Virus record (IMG/VR): IMGVR_UViG_3300047564_001460
From: an uncultured virus (IMG/VR IMGVR_UViG_3300047564_001460)
Taxonomy: Duplodnaviria; Heunggongvirae; Uroviricota; Caudoviricetes
Length of the DNA stretch: 64,000 nt
Reading direction: 5' to 3' (one strand)
Positions 16,014 to 25,267 of this stretch are shown piece after piece. The position numbers and the translations under genes are program-made. Every line of letters begins with the position of its first letter. The stretch's first letter is position 1. The notes below the pieces were generated by a model, which was given only the letters and a program-made list of their open reading frames with translations, did not search any database and was not told where the DNA came from.

Positions 16014-17830
16014 ATATACTTACCATAGACTTTGAAACGTACTACGATCGGGAGTTCAGCCTGACCAAACTGACTACGGAGGAGTACATCCGTGACAACA
16101 GGTTTGAAACCATCGGCGTATCGGTGCAGGTTAACGACGGTGAACCTGAATGGTTCAGCGGTAAAACAGAGGACCTATACCAGTTCCTGAAGGAGTATGA
16201 CTGGGGGAATAGTTTAGCCCTTGCGCATAACGCGATGTTCGACGGTGCCATCCTTAACTGGATCTTTAATATCAAACCGAAAGGTTGGTTAGATACATTG
16301 AGCATGGCCCGAGCATTGCACGGCACTGAGGTGGGTGGTAGCCTAGCGGTATTAGCGAAGCACTACGACATAGGGCAGAAAGGTGATGAAGTCATTCATG
16401 CGTTGGGTAAACGACGAATTGATTTTTCTGCTGCTGATCTTGCTCGGTATGGCGCTTATTGTTCCAATGATGTTGCTCTTACTTATGATCTTTTTGGATA
16501 CATGAGCAACGGGTTCCCCCAAACGGAACTTCGCCTTATAGACCAAACCATCCGCATGTTCACCGAGCCAGAACTAAGGCTCGATGTGAAAGTATTAAAG
16601 ACGCACCTGCTTGAGTTACAGCAAAGAAGGAAAGATCTGGTACAAAACTTCAGTGAAGCCGATTTGATGAGCAACCAGAAGTTTGCCGCTATATTGCTTG
16701 CATGGGGCGTAGAACCCCCAACGAAGATTAGCCCGACGACAGGCAAAACAACTTTCGCATTCTCAAAGACCGATGAGGAGTTCAAGGCACTCCTTGATCA
16801 TCCGAACGCAGAAGTACAAAACTTGGTAGCTTCACGGCTAGGAGCTAAGTCCACACTGGAGCAGACTCGGACGGAAAGGTTCTTGGGTATAGCGTATCGG
16901 GGCGAACTCCCTGTGCCCTTGCGGTATTACGCTGCACATACGGGCAGATGGGGAGGTGACGACAAGTTGAATCTACAAAATCTCCCAAGGTCGTCTCCAC
17001 TTAAGAAAGCAATCATAGCTCCTGACAAATATCAGATCGTCGATTCCGACTCATCACAGATCGAAGCACGTACGCTTGCTTGGCTTGCGGGGCAAGATGA
17101 TTTGGTCGATGCGTTCGAGAAGGGTGAGGACGTGTACAAAATAATGGCCTCGGCGATTTACAACAAGCCGGTGAATGACATAACCAAGGACGAGCGGTTT
17201 GTCGGTAAGACGACAATTTTAGGCGCAGGGTACGGCATGGGGGCTAAGAAGTTTCAGGCGCAGCTTAAGAACTTCAAGGTGGAGGTGGAGCTTGAGGAAG
17301 CGCAGCGCATCATCGATACGTACCGCGAGACATACCCAAAGATTCGCCGACTGTGGTTCGACGCAGGGGAGGCCCTCTCGGCCATTATGAACAATCAGCA
17401 GACCTTTCTTGGGCGCGACGACTTGTTAGCGGTTGAGGGTACGAAGGGTATTAAACTGCCGAACGGCCTGTATATTCGGTATCCCAATTTGCGTATGCAC
17501 ACTGCTGAAGAAGGCGGTAAGAGCGAGCTTGTGTACGACACACGCAGAGGCAAACAGACAGTACCGAACAGGATTTACGGTGGGAAGGTTGTCGAGAATG
17601 TGTGCCAAGCATTAGCACGAATTATCATCGGCGAGCAGATGCTTTTGGTCGCGAAAAAGTATAGAGTTGTGATGACAGTGCACGATGCTATTGCTTGTTT
17701 AGTTCCAGAGATGGAGATAGACAACGGTGTTGAGTACGTCGAGTTGTGCATGAAGATACGCCCATCCTGGGCACCCGAACTACCTCTTAATTGTGAGGCC
17801 GGACATGGTTACTCTTACGGTGATTGCTAG
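16010..17830 (+). CDS. polA: Family A DNA polymerase with 3'-5' exonuclease
   Basis: ExoI DFET, HNAMFD, HTGRWGG, NLQNLP, motif A DSSQIEAR, motif B RFVGKTTILGAGYG, motif C VHD. Confidence 0.95.
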   Translation: MNILTIDFETYYDREFSLTKLTTEEYIRDNRFETIGVSVQVNDGEPEWFSGKTEDLYQFLKEYDWGNSLALAHNAMFDGAILNWIFNIKPKGWLDTLSMARALHGTEVGGSLAVLAKHYDIGQKGDEVIHALGKRRIDFSAADLARYGAYCSNDVALTYDLFGYMSNGFPQTELRLIDQTIRMFTEPELRLDVKVLKTHLLELQQRRKDLVQNFSEADLMSNQKFAAILLAWGVEPPTKISPTTGKTTFAFSKTDEEFKALLDHPNAEVQNLVASRLGAKSTLEQTRTERFLGIAYRGELPVPLRYYAAHTGRWGGDDKLNLQNLPRSSPLKKAIIAPDKYQIVDSDSSQIEARTLAWLAGQDDLVDAFEKGEDVYKIMASAIYNKPVNDITKDERFVGKTTILGAGYGMGAKKFQAQLKNFKVEVELEEAQRIIDTYRETYPKIRRLWFDAGEALSAIMNNQQTFLGRDDLLAVEGTKGIKLPNGLYIRYPNLRMHTAEEGGKSELVYDTRRGKQTVPNRIYGGKVVENVCQALARIIIGEQMLLVAKKYRVVMTVHDAIACLVPEMEIDNGVEYVELCMKIRPSWAPELPLNCEAGHGYSYGDC

Positions 17831-17858
17831 GAGCCCCGAATTGAAAGTGGAGACTGTT

Positions 17859-18029
17859 ATGGATTATGCGGAACACATTCTCAACGCAGAGAAAAATCTA
17901 CGTGACGCATACAATTTGATGCAAGAAGGTAAATCCCTCGAAGCCGCAGTGGCTGCGCTTGAAGCAGTAGCAGACGCAAAGATGGCATACACCGCTATAA
18001 AGTACACCAACCCGAGGGATGCTGCGTAA
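17859..18029 (+). CDS. Small helical hypothetical protein
   Basis: GGAG RBS; coupled to the next gene. Confidence 0.6.
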   Translation: MDYAEHILNAEKNLRDAYNLMQEGKSLEAAVAALEAVADAKMAYTAIKYTNPRDAA

Positions 18030-18694
18030 TGGCACACGTTGCTTGGTCGTACAGTAGCCTGAAGACATTCCAGCAATGTCCGAGGAAGTATTACCACACG
18101 AAGGTAGCTAAAGATTTTCCTGAGCCACAAACTCAGGCGATGCTGTACGGCGAGCAAGTCCACAAAGCTGCTGAAGACTTTATCAAGTCAGGCACACCCA
18201 TACCCGAGAAGTTCGAGTTCATCCGTGAGGTTGTCGAGCAGCTTGCATCCCTGCCTGGGGAGAAGCACTGTGAGCTTCGCTTGGGGTTAACCAAAGACCT
18301 GAAGCCTTGCGGATTCTTTGATAAGAACGTTTGGTGGCGTGGGATTGCCGACTTGGTTATCGTGAACGAAGAGAAAGGGCTCATCCACTCGATAGACTAC
18401 AAGACAGGCAAGAGTGCTCGGTATGCTGACGTACAGCAACTTGATCTTGTAGCAGCGGGTCTGTTCGCTAAGTTTCCGAACATTACAAAAATAAAGTCGG
18501 CACTGCTTTTTGTGGTGAGCAAAGAGTTCGTTAAGGCTACGCACCAAGCGGATATGGTTGAGCAGTACGTAAGCAAACCCGCGCAAGATGTAGCGCGTAT
18601 TGAAGCTGCTTTAGAGAATGGGGTATGGAACCCCGTTGAGAGTGCGCTGTGCAAATTCTGCCCAGTGAAAACATGCGAGTACAACAGGAGCTAA
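18029..18694 (+). CDS. PD-(D/E)XK (RecB/Cas4-like) exonuclease
   Basis: WSYSSL..F.QCPR, GIADL, IDYKTGK, C-terminal CKFCPVKTC. Confidence 0.9.
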   Translation: MAHVAWSYSSLKTFQQCPRKYYHTKVAKDFPEPQTQAMLYGEQVHKAAEDFIKSGTPIPEKFEFIREVVEQLASLPGEKHCELRLGLTKDLKPCGFFDKNVWWRGIADLVIVNEEKGLIHSIDYKTGKSARYADVQQLDLVAAGLFAKFPNITKIKSALLFVVSKEFVKATHQADMVEQYVSKPAQDVARIEAALENGVWNPVESALCKFCPVKTCEYNRS

Positions 18695-18696
18695 TC

Positions 18697-19011
18697 ATGC
18701 CCTATGTAAACAAACCACGCCCGTACAAAAAAGAGTACCAACAGCAGTTAGCTCGGGGGGAGCACGAGAATCGAATGGAGCGGCAACGAGCCCGTGAAGC
18801 CATCGATAAAAAGAACCCCGATCGTGATAAGGATGGGATTGCGGACATACGTGAAGGTAAAGACGTTGCCCATCGCGTAGCACTCTCAAAGGGTGGCACG
18901 AACGGTAACGGCACTCGGTTGGAAAGCGCAGCAAAGAACCGATCGTTTAAGCGCAACGCCAACCACAAACTTGTTTCGGAGACTAGTAAGAAGGAGAGCA
19001 AAAAGAAATGA
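18697..19011 (+). CDS. HNH-like endonuclease
   Basis: KDVAH..ALSKGGTN....R......NRS. Confidence 0.7.
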   Translation: MPYVNKPRPYKKEYQQQLARGEHENRMERQRAREAIDKKNPDRDKDGIADIREGKDVAHRVALSKGGTNGNGTRLESAAKNRSFKRNANHKLVSETSKKESKKK

Positions 19012-19202
19012 CCGATGAACAAATGTGGCTCTTAATTCATGGGCGACAGGAAGTGCCTTGGTATAAAGTAATAACAGGACTGACGGGAGAACAAATAACT
19101 GATCCACTTTTTGCACGACTAAGAGATGCAGGAAAACTTAAAGCAGACATAGGTCGAATGACAGTTAGACTAAAGGAAGAAAATGAATCTATCAGAGTAT
19201 GA
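19008..19202 (+). CDS. Hypothetical protein
   Basis: AAGGAG RBS, ATGA overlap. Confidence 0.6.
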   Translation: MTDEQMWLLIHGRQEVPWYKVITGLTGEQITDPLFARLRDAGKLKADIGRMTVRLKEENESIRV

Positions 19203-20577
19203 GTGGCCCTGTCCAAGAGGGCTCGCTCCGTTTGAACATCAGAAGGTGACGGCTGAGTTTTTAGTGAGTAAGCGGAAAGCATTTTGTTTCAATGAGCAAG
19301 GTACAGGCAAGACTGCATCGGTTATCTGGGCAGTGGACTATTTGATGAACATCGGGTTGTTGAACCGAGTGCTTATCATTTGCCCGTTGTCGATCATGAA
19401 GTCTGCATGGCAAGCCGACTTGTTCAAGTTTGCTATTCATCGGAGAGTAGCCGTAGCTTATGGGTCGGCGGAGAAGCGCAGGGAAATCATCAAGGGCATG
19501 TCCGAGATCGTTATCATTAATTTTGATGGTGTCGGCATAGTCAAGAAAGAGATCGCTAACGGTGGGTTTGATTTGATCGTTGTCGATGAAGCGTCTGCCT
19601 ACAAGAATGCGCAGACTGAGCGGTGGAAAGACCTACGCGACCTGACAAAAGTCATCAAGGGGTTGTGGATGTTGACGGGAACCCCTGCCGCACAAGCACC
19701 TACCGACGCATTCGGTTTAGCCAAGCTAGTGAACCCCAACGGTATACCCATGTTCTTCGGGCAGTTCAGGGATATGGTGATGCAGAAGCTGACCATGTAC
19801 CGATGGATACCCAGACCCAACGCCGAGAAGATTGTTTTCAACGCGCTGCAACCTGCGATACGGTTCGAGAAAAAGCACTGCCTCGACCTGCCCCCCGTTA
19901 CGTTTGCGGAAAGAGATGCACCCATGACTCCGCAGCAAAGAGCCTATTACGCAAAGCTAAAGAAGCAGATGCTGATTGAGGCAGCGGGCGAAGAGGTATC
20001 TGCTGTGAATGCAGCAGTACAGATAAACAAGCTGCTACAGATTGCTGGTGGTGCGGTGTATGCCGACTCGGGTGAGGTGTTGGAGTTTGACGTGAAGCAC
20101 CGACTGAACGTGGTGCAGGAAGTCATCGAAGAAGCCTCGAACAAAGTGCTAGTCTTTGTACCGTTTACACATACGATCGAGTTGTTGGAGAAGCACCTGA
20201 CCGCAGCCAAGATTACGTGTGCGGTTATCAACGGATCAGTAAGCGTCAACAAACGATCCGAGATTGTGAAAGACTTCCAAGATAAACCCGAGCCCCGAGT
20301 GCTTATCATTCAACCGATGGCAGCTTCGCATGGGCTTACACTAACCGCAGCCGACACCATCATTTGGTACGCACCTTGTTCAAGTGTGGAAACGTACCTC
20401 CAAGCAAACGCACGGATCGATCGACCAGGACAGAAGAACAACATGACCATCGTGCACATCAAAGGAAGTCCAGTCGAATCAAGGATGTACAGCTTGCTGC
20501 GTAGCAACATCAACGACCATAAACGCGTCATTGATTTATATAAACAAGAACTGTCTGAAGAAGAGTTGACAGTGTAA
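19183..20577 (+). CDS. SNF2-family (SF2) helicase
   Basis: EQGTGKT, VVDEAS, LTGTP, HGLTLT, QANARIDRPGQ. Confidence 0.92.
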   Translation: MNLSEYEWPCPRGLAPFEHQKVTAEFLVSKRKAFCFNEQGTGKTASVIWAVDYLMNIGLLNRVLIICPLSIMKSAWQADLFKFAIHRRVAVAYGSAEKRREIIKGMSEIVIINFDGVGIVKKEIANGGFDLIVVDEASAYKNAQTERWKDLRDLTKVIKGLWMLTGTPAAQAPTDAFGLAKLVNPNGIPMFFGQFRDMVMQKLTMYRWIPRPNAEKIVFNALQPAIRFEKKHCLDLPPVTFAERDAPMTPQQRAYYAKLKKQMLIEAAGEEVSAVNAAVQINKLLQIAGGAVYADSGEVLEFDVKHRLNVVQEVIEEASNKVLVFVPFTHTIELLEKHLTAAKITCAVINGSVSVNKRSEIVKDFQDKPEPRVLIIQPMAASHGLTLTAADTIIWYAPCSSVETYLQANARIDRPGQKNNMTIVHIKGSPVESRMYSLLRSNINDHKRVIDLYKQELSEEELTV

Positions 20578-20593
20578 AAAGTTATGGCATAAT
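20566..20593 (+). promoter_or_regulatory. sigma70 promoter
   Basis: TTGACA-16 bp-CATAAT with TG; shares GTTGACA.TGTAAAA with the 15239 promoter. Confidence 0.65.
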
Positions 20594-20620
20594 AGCCGTA
20601 ACAACCACAAGGAGCTAACA

Positions 20621-21046
20621 ATGGATGAACAGGTCCAGGGGGCTAATCCCCCCCTAGATTTAGGCAGACTGACTGAAGCGTACATCAAGCTACGTGATGC
20701 CAGAGCAAACCTAAAGAAGACGTACGAGGCTGAGGACACAGGCTTAGCCGAGCAAATGGGTGTTATCGAATCTGAGTTGCTGAAGCAGTGCGCAACGATG
20801 AACGCCGACAGCATCCGCACCCCACATGGCACGATCATTCGTTCAGTTAAATCACGGTACTGGACTAATGATTGGGATTCTATGTATCAAGTTATTAAAG
20901 AACGAGATGCATTTGGCCTACTAGAGAAGCGACTTCATCAAACAAACATGAAGCAGTTTCTTGAAGAGAATCCCGATGTTCTACCGCATGGCTTAAATGT
21001 AGAGAACGCTTACTCCGTGGTAGTTAGACGTGCAAAGGAAAAATGA
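20621..21046 (+). CDS. Conserved replication-module protein (coiled coil, distantly Gam/gp157-like)
   Basis: SIRTPHGT, DWDSMY, LLEKRL motifs; AAGGAG RBS. Confidence 0.7.
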   Translation: MDEQVQGANPPLDLGRLTEAYIKLRDARANLKKTYEAEDTGLAEQMGVIESELLKQCATMNADSIRTPHGTIIRSVKSRYWTNDWDSMYQVIKERDAFGLLEKRLHQTNMKQFLEENPDVLPHGLNVENAYSVVVRRAKEK

Positions 21047-21047
21047 G

Positions 21048-21932
21048 ATGGGCACAGTAGCATTATTTGGATCAGACCTCCCCGACTTTCTACAGAATGC
21101 AGGGGTTAGCGAGCTAACTAAAAAACTCGCAGGTAAGACAGGCGTAGCACGGATCGTTCCCAAAAACGGAATCTTCCGTAAGGTTGTCGGCGGCGAGGAG
21201 ATGGGCAAAGTCAAAGGCTCGATCAAGACCGTTATCGTCAACGCATCCCCCGATGTTGGGCGCATCTACTACGCAAAGCAGTGGACCCCCGACGCTGAGC
21301 CTACAGCTCCCGATTGCTTCTCGAACGACGGTCGTACACCGGACGAAAAAGCAGCAAACAAACAAGCCGATCGGTGCGACTCATGCCCACAGAATATCAA
21401 AGGCTCAGGCCAAGGTAATTCTAAGGCTTGCCGTTACTCACGTAGGCTGGCGTTGTTATTGGAGGAGGACTTTGGTACTGCACTCGAAGGTCGTGTGTAT
21501 CAGATGAACCTTTCATCCAAGTCGTTGTTCGGTGACAGCTTGAGCAATGGCACACACCCGTTCGAGAACTACAGCAAGTATCTTGCTAATAACGGCGAGA
21601 GTCTTGATTTTGTAGTTACCGAGATCAGCTTTAACGAGGATAACGACAACCAATCCGTGTTGTTCGCTCCCGTGCGTAGGATCGTGAAGCAAGAGTACGA
21701 AGTATCTTCTAAGGCAACAACAAGCCCTGAAGTTAGTCGTATGGTGATCATGACTCCCTACCAAGCGGATATGACGGGGCGTACCAAGCAGATAGCAGCA
21801 CCAAAGAATGATGATGCTGAAGACGCTAACGTTGTCGGTGAGCCGACTGTACGGCAGAAAAAAGCGGAGCCTGTTGTGAAACAGAAAGCCGACTTGAACT
21901 CCGTGCTGAAGGCGTGGACGGACGAGGAGTGA
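21048..21932 (+). CDS. Putative ssDNA-binding/annealing protein
   Basis: PDCFS...CDSCPQN..GSG...KAC motif, acidic aromatic C-terminus WTDEE, replication context. Confidence 0.6.
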   Translation: MGTVALFGSDLPDFLQNAGVSELTKKLAGKTGVARIVPKNGIFRKVVGGEEMGKVKGSIKTVIVNASPDVGRIYYAKQWTPDAEPTAPDCFSNDGRTPDEKAANKQADRCDSCPQNIKGSGQGNSKACRYSRRLALLLEEDFGTALEGRVYQMNLSSKSLFGDSLSNGTHPFENYSKYLANNGESLDFVVTEISFNEDNDNQSVLFAPVRRIVKQEYEVSSKATTSPEVSRMVIMTPYQADMTGRTKQIAAPKNDDAEDANVVGEPTVRQKKAEPVVKQKADLNSVLKAWTDEE

Positions 21933-21933
21933 T

Positions 21934-22176
21934 ATGAGCTATGGCTACAGTCACGATCTAGTTGAGGCAAACAAAGCCGCAGATCGTAGGTTGTTGGGTG
22001 TGGCCTTGGGTCGATTCTGCATTAATCGGGGAATCAGTGTGATGGAAATAGCGGAGCAATTCGGTGTTTCCCGCATGACGGTTTACAACTGGTTCAGGGG
22101 AGCTACGCTCCCTACCCGAGCTAATGAAGAGCTGATTCGAGGTTATTTAGTACGCTTCACGAAACATCGGAGTTAG
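21934..22176 (+). CDS. Cro/CI-type HTH protein
   Basis: SVMEIAEQFGVSRMTVYNWFRG. Confidence 0.85.
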   Translation: MSYGYSHDLVEANKAADRRLLGVALGRFCINRGISVMEIAEQFGVSRMTVYNWFRGATLPTRANEELIRGYLVRFTKHRS

Positions 22177-22177
22177 C

Positions 22178-25018
22178 ATGACGTTCGACCTGCTTGACAC
22201 CGTGTTGCCCACGGAAGGGCGGTACTGTGTGCTTGGTATTGGTCGGTACGCAGAACAAAAGTTTGTAGAGACGCGAGAAGAAGTAACAGAACTCGCACAA
22301 GAGCTTGTTGATGGAAAGAAGGATGTTTACTTCGGATGCGCGAAGTTCGGTGAGCTAAATAACCGCACACACGCTAACGCTAAGTATTTCCGCGCTTTAT
22401 GGCTTGATATTGATTGCGGCCCCACAAAGGCTGTACCCGATGAAAAGGGCAGGATCAAAGGCTATATCGATCAGCAAACTGGACTTGAGGAACTACAAAA
22501 GTTTTGCACCGCAACAGGATTACCTAAACCTATCTTGGTTAGTTCTGGTAATGGTGTACATGCGTATTGGCTATTGAAAGAAACGATAGCAAAAAATCAA
22601 TGGGATGCATTAGCCGACCGGCTGGAAGATTTGTGCCTTGAGCATGAATTGATTGTTGATTCAAGCGTGTTTGAAGCGTCAAGGGTGCTGCGTATCCCAG
22701 GTACGTTTAACTTCAAAGACATAACCAATCCGCTGCCCGTGGAGGTGCTAAATGAAGATACACCACGGTTTGACTACGAAGAATTAAGAGAGTTATTAGG
22801 CGCACCTGAGCCAAAAGAAGAGAAGCCTGACTTCATCCCACGGTCGTTAAGCCCGATGATGCAAGCGCTCATGAAGAACAAGGTCAAGAAGTTTACGACC
22901 ATCATGATCAAGTCGGTTAACGGTACAGGATGCAACCAGCTATTACATTGCTATGAGAATCAAGAGTTTTTAGAAGAACCGTTTTGGCGGTCCGCGCTAT
23001 CCGTTGCAGCTTTCTGCATAGACAAAGACAAGGCAGTTTACAAACTATCGAGCAGGTACCCCAACTACGATCCAATCGAAACTGAAAAGAAAGTCGATTA
23101 TTTGATCAAGACGGGAGGTCCGCATCACTGCACTACGTTTGAAAAACATAACCCAGGTGGTTGTGACGAGTGCCCACACAAGGGCAAACTGAAGTCGCCG
23201 ATCATGCTCGGTGTTGAGATTGAGGAAGCGCAGGACGAGCCAGTTGAAATTAGAGACGAGAACGATGTAGTTAATTTCTTCCAGATACCTGATTACCCAT
23301 TTCCTTTTTTCCGAGGAAAGAATCGTGGTGTTTATCGGCAAGCAGATAAGGACGAGGAAGAAGGCGCAACGCTTGTATACGAGCATGACTTGTGGCTAGT
23401 TAAGCGCATGAAAGATCCAGACTTAGGCGAAGTGGTCTTGTTTAGGCTGCATTTACCACAAGATGGGTTGCGTGAGTTCACGCTCACAGCAGGGACAATC
23501 TGTACGAAGGACGAGCTGCGCAAGTCGTTGGCACAGCAAGGGGTTGTTACCTCTAAGAAGCAGTATGACAGTCTTGCACAGTACGTTATTGCATCACTGA
23601 AAAACTTGCAGTTTGAGAAAAAGGCAGAAATGATGAGAACACAATTTGGTTGGGTTGATAACGACAGTAAGTTTGTTATCGGCGATAGAGAGATCACAAA
23701 GAACGGTGTGTTTTATAGCCCCCCATCGCATACTACTCGCGACGTAGCAGAGAAGATGATCGTCAAGGGGTCGTTGGATAAGTGGAAAGAAGCATTCAAT
23801 ATGTACGCACGGCCAGGACTGGAGCCCCATGCGTTTGCTGCACTTACTGCGTTTGGTTCGCCGTTGCTGAAGTTCACAGGTTTGGAAGGGGCGATCATCA
23901 ACTTGATTCACCCAACGTCAGGCTCAGGCAAATCGACCGTGCTGTATATGTGCAATAGCGTCAGTGGGGAGCCAAAAGGTCTGACATCGATGTTCAAGGA
24001 TACGTTCAACGCAAAGATCCATCAGATAGGCGTTATGAATAACGTAGCAAACACAATCGATGAAATTACTAACCTGACAGGTATGGAGTTTTCGGATCTT
24101 TCGTACAGCATTTCTCAGGGTCGCGGCAAGAACAAGATGAAGGGGTCGTCCAACGAGCTGCGCATCAACAACACAAAGTGGCAGGGGATAACGTTAGCTT
24201 CATCCAACGCTAGCTTCTACGAGAAGTTGGGCATTACAAAGAACTCACCTGACGGCGAGATGATGCGGTTGCTTGAGTACAAGATTGAACCGACTACGAT
24301 AATCTCGACCGAAGAAGGTAAAGCAATGTTTGACCACCAACTTCGTGAAAACTTTGGGCATGCGATGGAGCCCTATGCGCAGTTCCTAGTGAACAACCTT
24401 GAAGATGTAATCGACCTGCTACGCAAGACACAAGCGAAGATTGACCGAGAGGTACAGTTCAGCGCACGAGAGCGGTTCTGGTCAGCAGTGGCAGCATGCA
24501 ATATCACGGGTGGGTTGATTGCGAAAAGTCTTGGTCTGCACGAGTACGACATGAAGGCAGTGTACGCATGGTTAAGAGACATGCTCACGCAAATGCGCGA
24601 AGAGATTGCCCCGCCGACTAGCTCCGCTGCGGCGATCATTGGTGACTTCATCAACACCAACATCGGTCATATTCTTGTTGTTAAGGATGCGCTAGATGCA
24701 CGAACCAATCTAGCGGCTGCTCCGACGTTGGAACCCAAGGGAGAGTTAGTTATACGCTACGAGCCAGACACAAAGCACCTGTACTTGTCAGCGGGCAAAT
24801 TCCGAGAGTTTTGTGTAGAGAGGCAGATTAGCTACCGCAGTACGCTGAATGAGCTGACTAAGATGGGTCTGTTCAAAGAATCACTGAACAAGCGTATGGC
24901 GAAGGGGATGCAGCTAGACTCACCTGCTGTGAGGGCACTGCTGTTTGATGTTTCAGGCTCAGAACTACTACAAGTTGGTGGCAACGATGATAGTGGCGAA
25001 CGTCCAGTATCGGATTGA
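22178..25018 (+). CDS. Primase-helicase (AEP/RepB-type primase plus DUF927 helicase)
   Basis: WLDID, SGNGVHAYW, RVLRIPGT, Cys cluster, Walker A SGSGKST, IDE. Confidence 0.88.
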   Translation: MTFDLLDTVLPTEGRYCVLGIGRYAEQKFVETREEVTELAQELVDGKKDVYFGCAKFGELNNRTHANAKYFRALWLDIDCGPTKAVPDEKGRIKGYIDQQTGLEELQKFCTATGLPKPILVSSGNGVHAYWLLKETIAKNQWDALADRLEDLCLEHELIVDSSVFEASRVLRIPGTFNFKDITNPLPVEVLNEDTPRFDYEELRELLGAPEPKEEKPDFIPRSLSPMMQALMKNKVKKFTTIMIKSVNGTGCNQLLHCYENQEFLEEPFWRSALSVAAFCIDKDKAVYKLSSRYPNYDPIETEKKVDYLIKTGGPHHCTTFEKHNPGGCDECPHKGKLKSPIMLGVEIEEAQDEPVEIRDENDVVNFFQIPDYPFPFFRGKNRGVYRQADKDEEEGATLVYEHDLWLVKRMKDPDLGEVVLFRLHLPQDGLREFTLTAGTICTKDELRKSLAQQGVVTSKKQYDSLAQYVIASLKNLQFEKKAEMMRTQFGWVDNDSKFVIGDREITKNGVFYSPPSHTTRDVAEKMIVKGSLDKWKEAFNMYARPGLEPHAFAALTAFGSPLLKFTGLEGAIINLIHPTSGSGKSTVLYMCNSVSGEPKGLTSMFKDTFNAKIHQIGVMNNVANTIDEITNLTGMEFSDLSYSISQGRGKNKMKGSSNELRINNTKWQGITLASSNASFYEKLGITKNSPDGEMMRLLEYKIEPTTIISTEEGKAMFDHQLRENFGHAMEPYAQFLVNNLEDVIDLLRKTQAKIDREVQFSARERFWSAVAACNITGGLIAKSLGLHEYDMKAVYAWLRDMLTQMREEIAPPTSSAAAIIGDFINTNIGHILVVKDALDARTNLAAAPTLEPKGELVIRYEPDTKHLYLSAGKFREFCVERQISYRSTLNELTKMGLFKESLNKRMAKGMQLDSPAVRALLFDVSGSELLQVGGNDDSGERPVSD

Positions 25019-25181
25019 TTGGAGTAGGTTCCGCAAGGGGCAGTCGTTTTTTGTACCCTGCATCGACTCCGAGGAAGCTAAGCGAGCGGTAAGAGCCGTC
25101 ACCAAGCGGCTCGAAATCAAAGTACTTATGAAAGTAGTCGTAGAAGATGGAGTAAAGGGTTTACGAGTGTGGAGACTTTGA
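24987..25181 (+). CDS. Small conserved protein (GQSFFVPC...GLRVWR)
   Basis: Motif common next to phage primases. Confidence 0.65.
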   Translation: MIVANVQYRIDWSRFRKGQSFFVPCIDSEEAKRAVRAVTKRLEIKVLMKVVVEDGVKGLRVWRL

Positions 25182-25242
25182 TGTATATTGGCATCTGTTC
25201 TCCTTGTTGTGGATGTTAGCTCCATTCATCCTTCCCAACTTA

Positions 25243-25267
25243 CCCCGCGCAATGCGGGGATTTTTTT
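25243..25267 (+). terminator. Terminator at the convergence of the two arms
   Basis: CCCCGC-GCAAT-GCGGGG followed by A and T7. Confidence 0.75.

Noticed and set aside
18029..18694. cas4 as part of a CRISPR system
   Set aside because: Solo PD-(D/E)XK nuclease in a standard phage replication module
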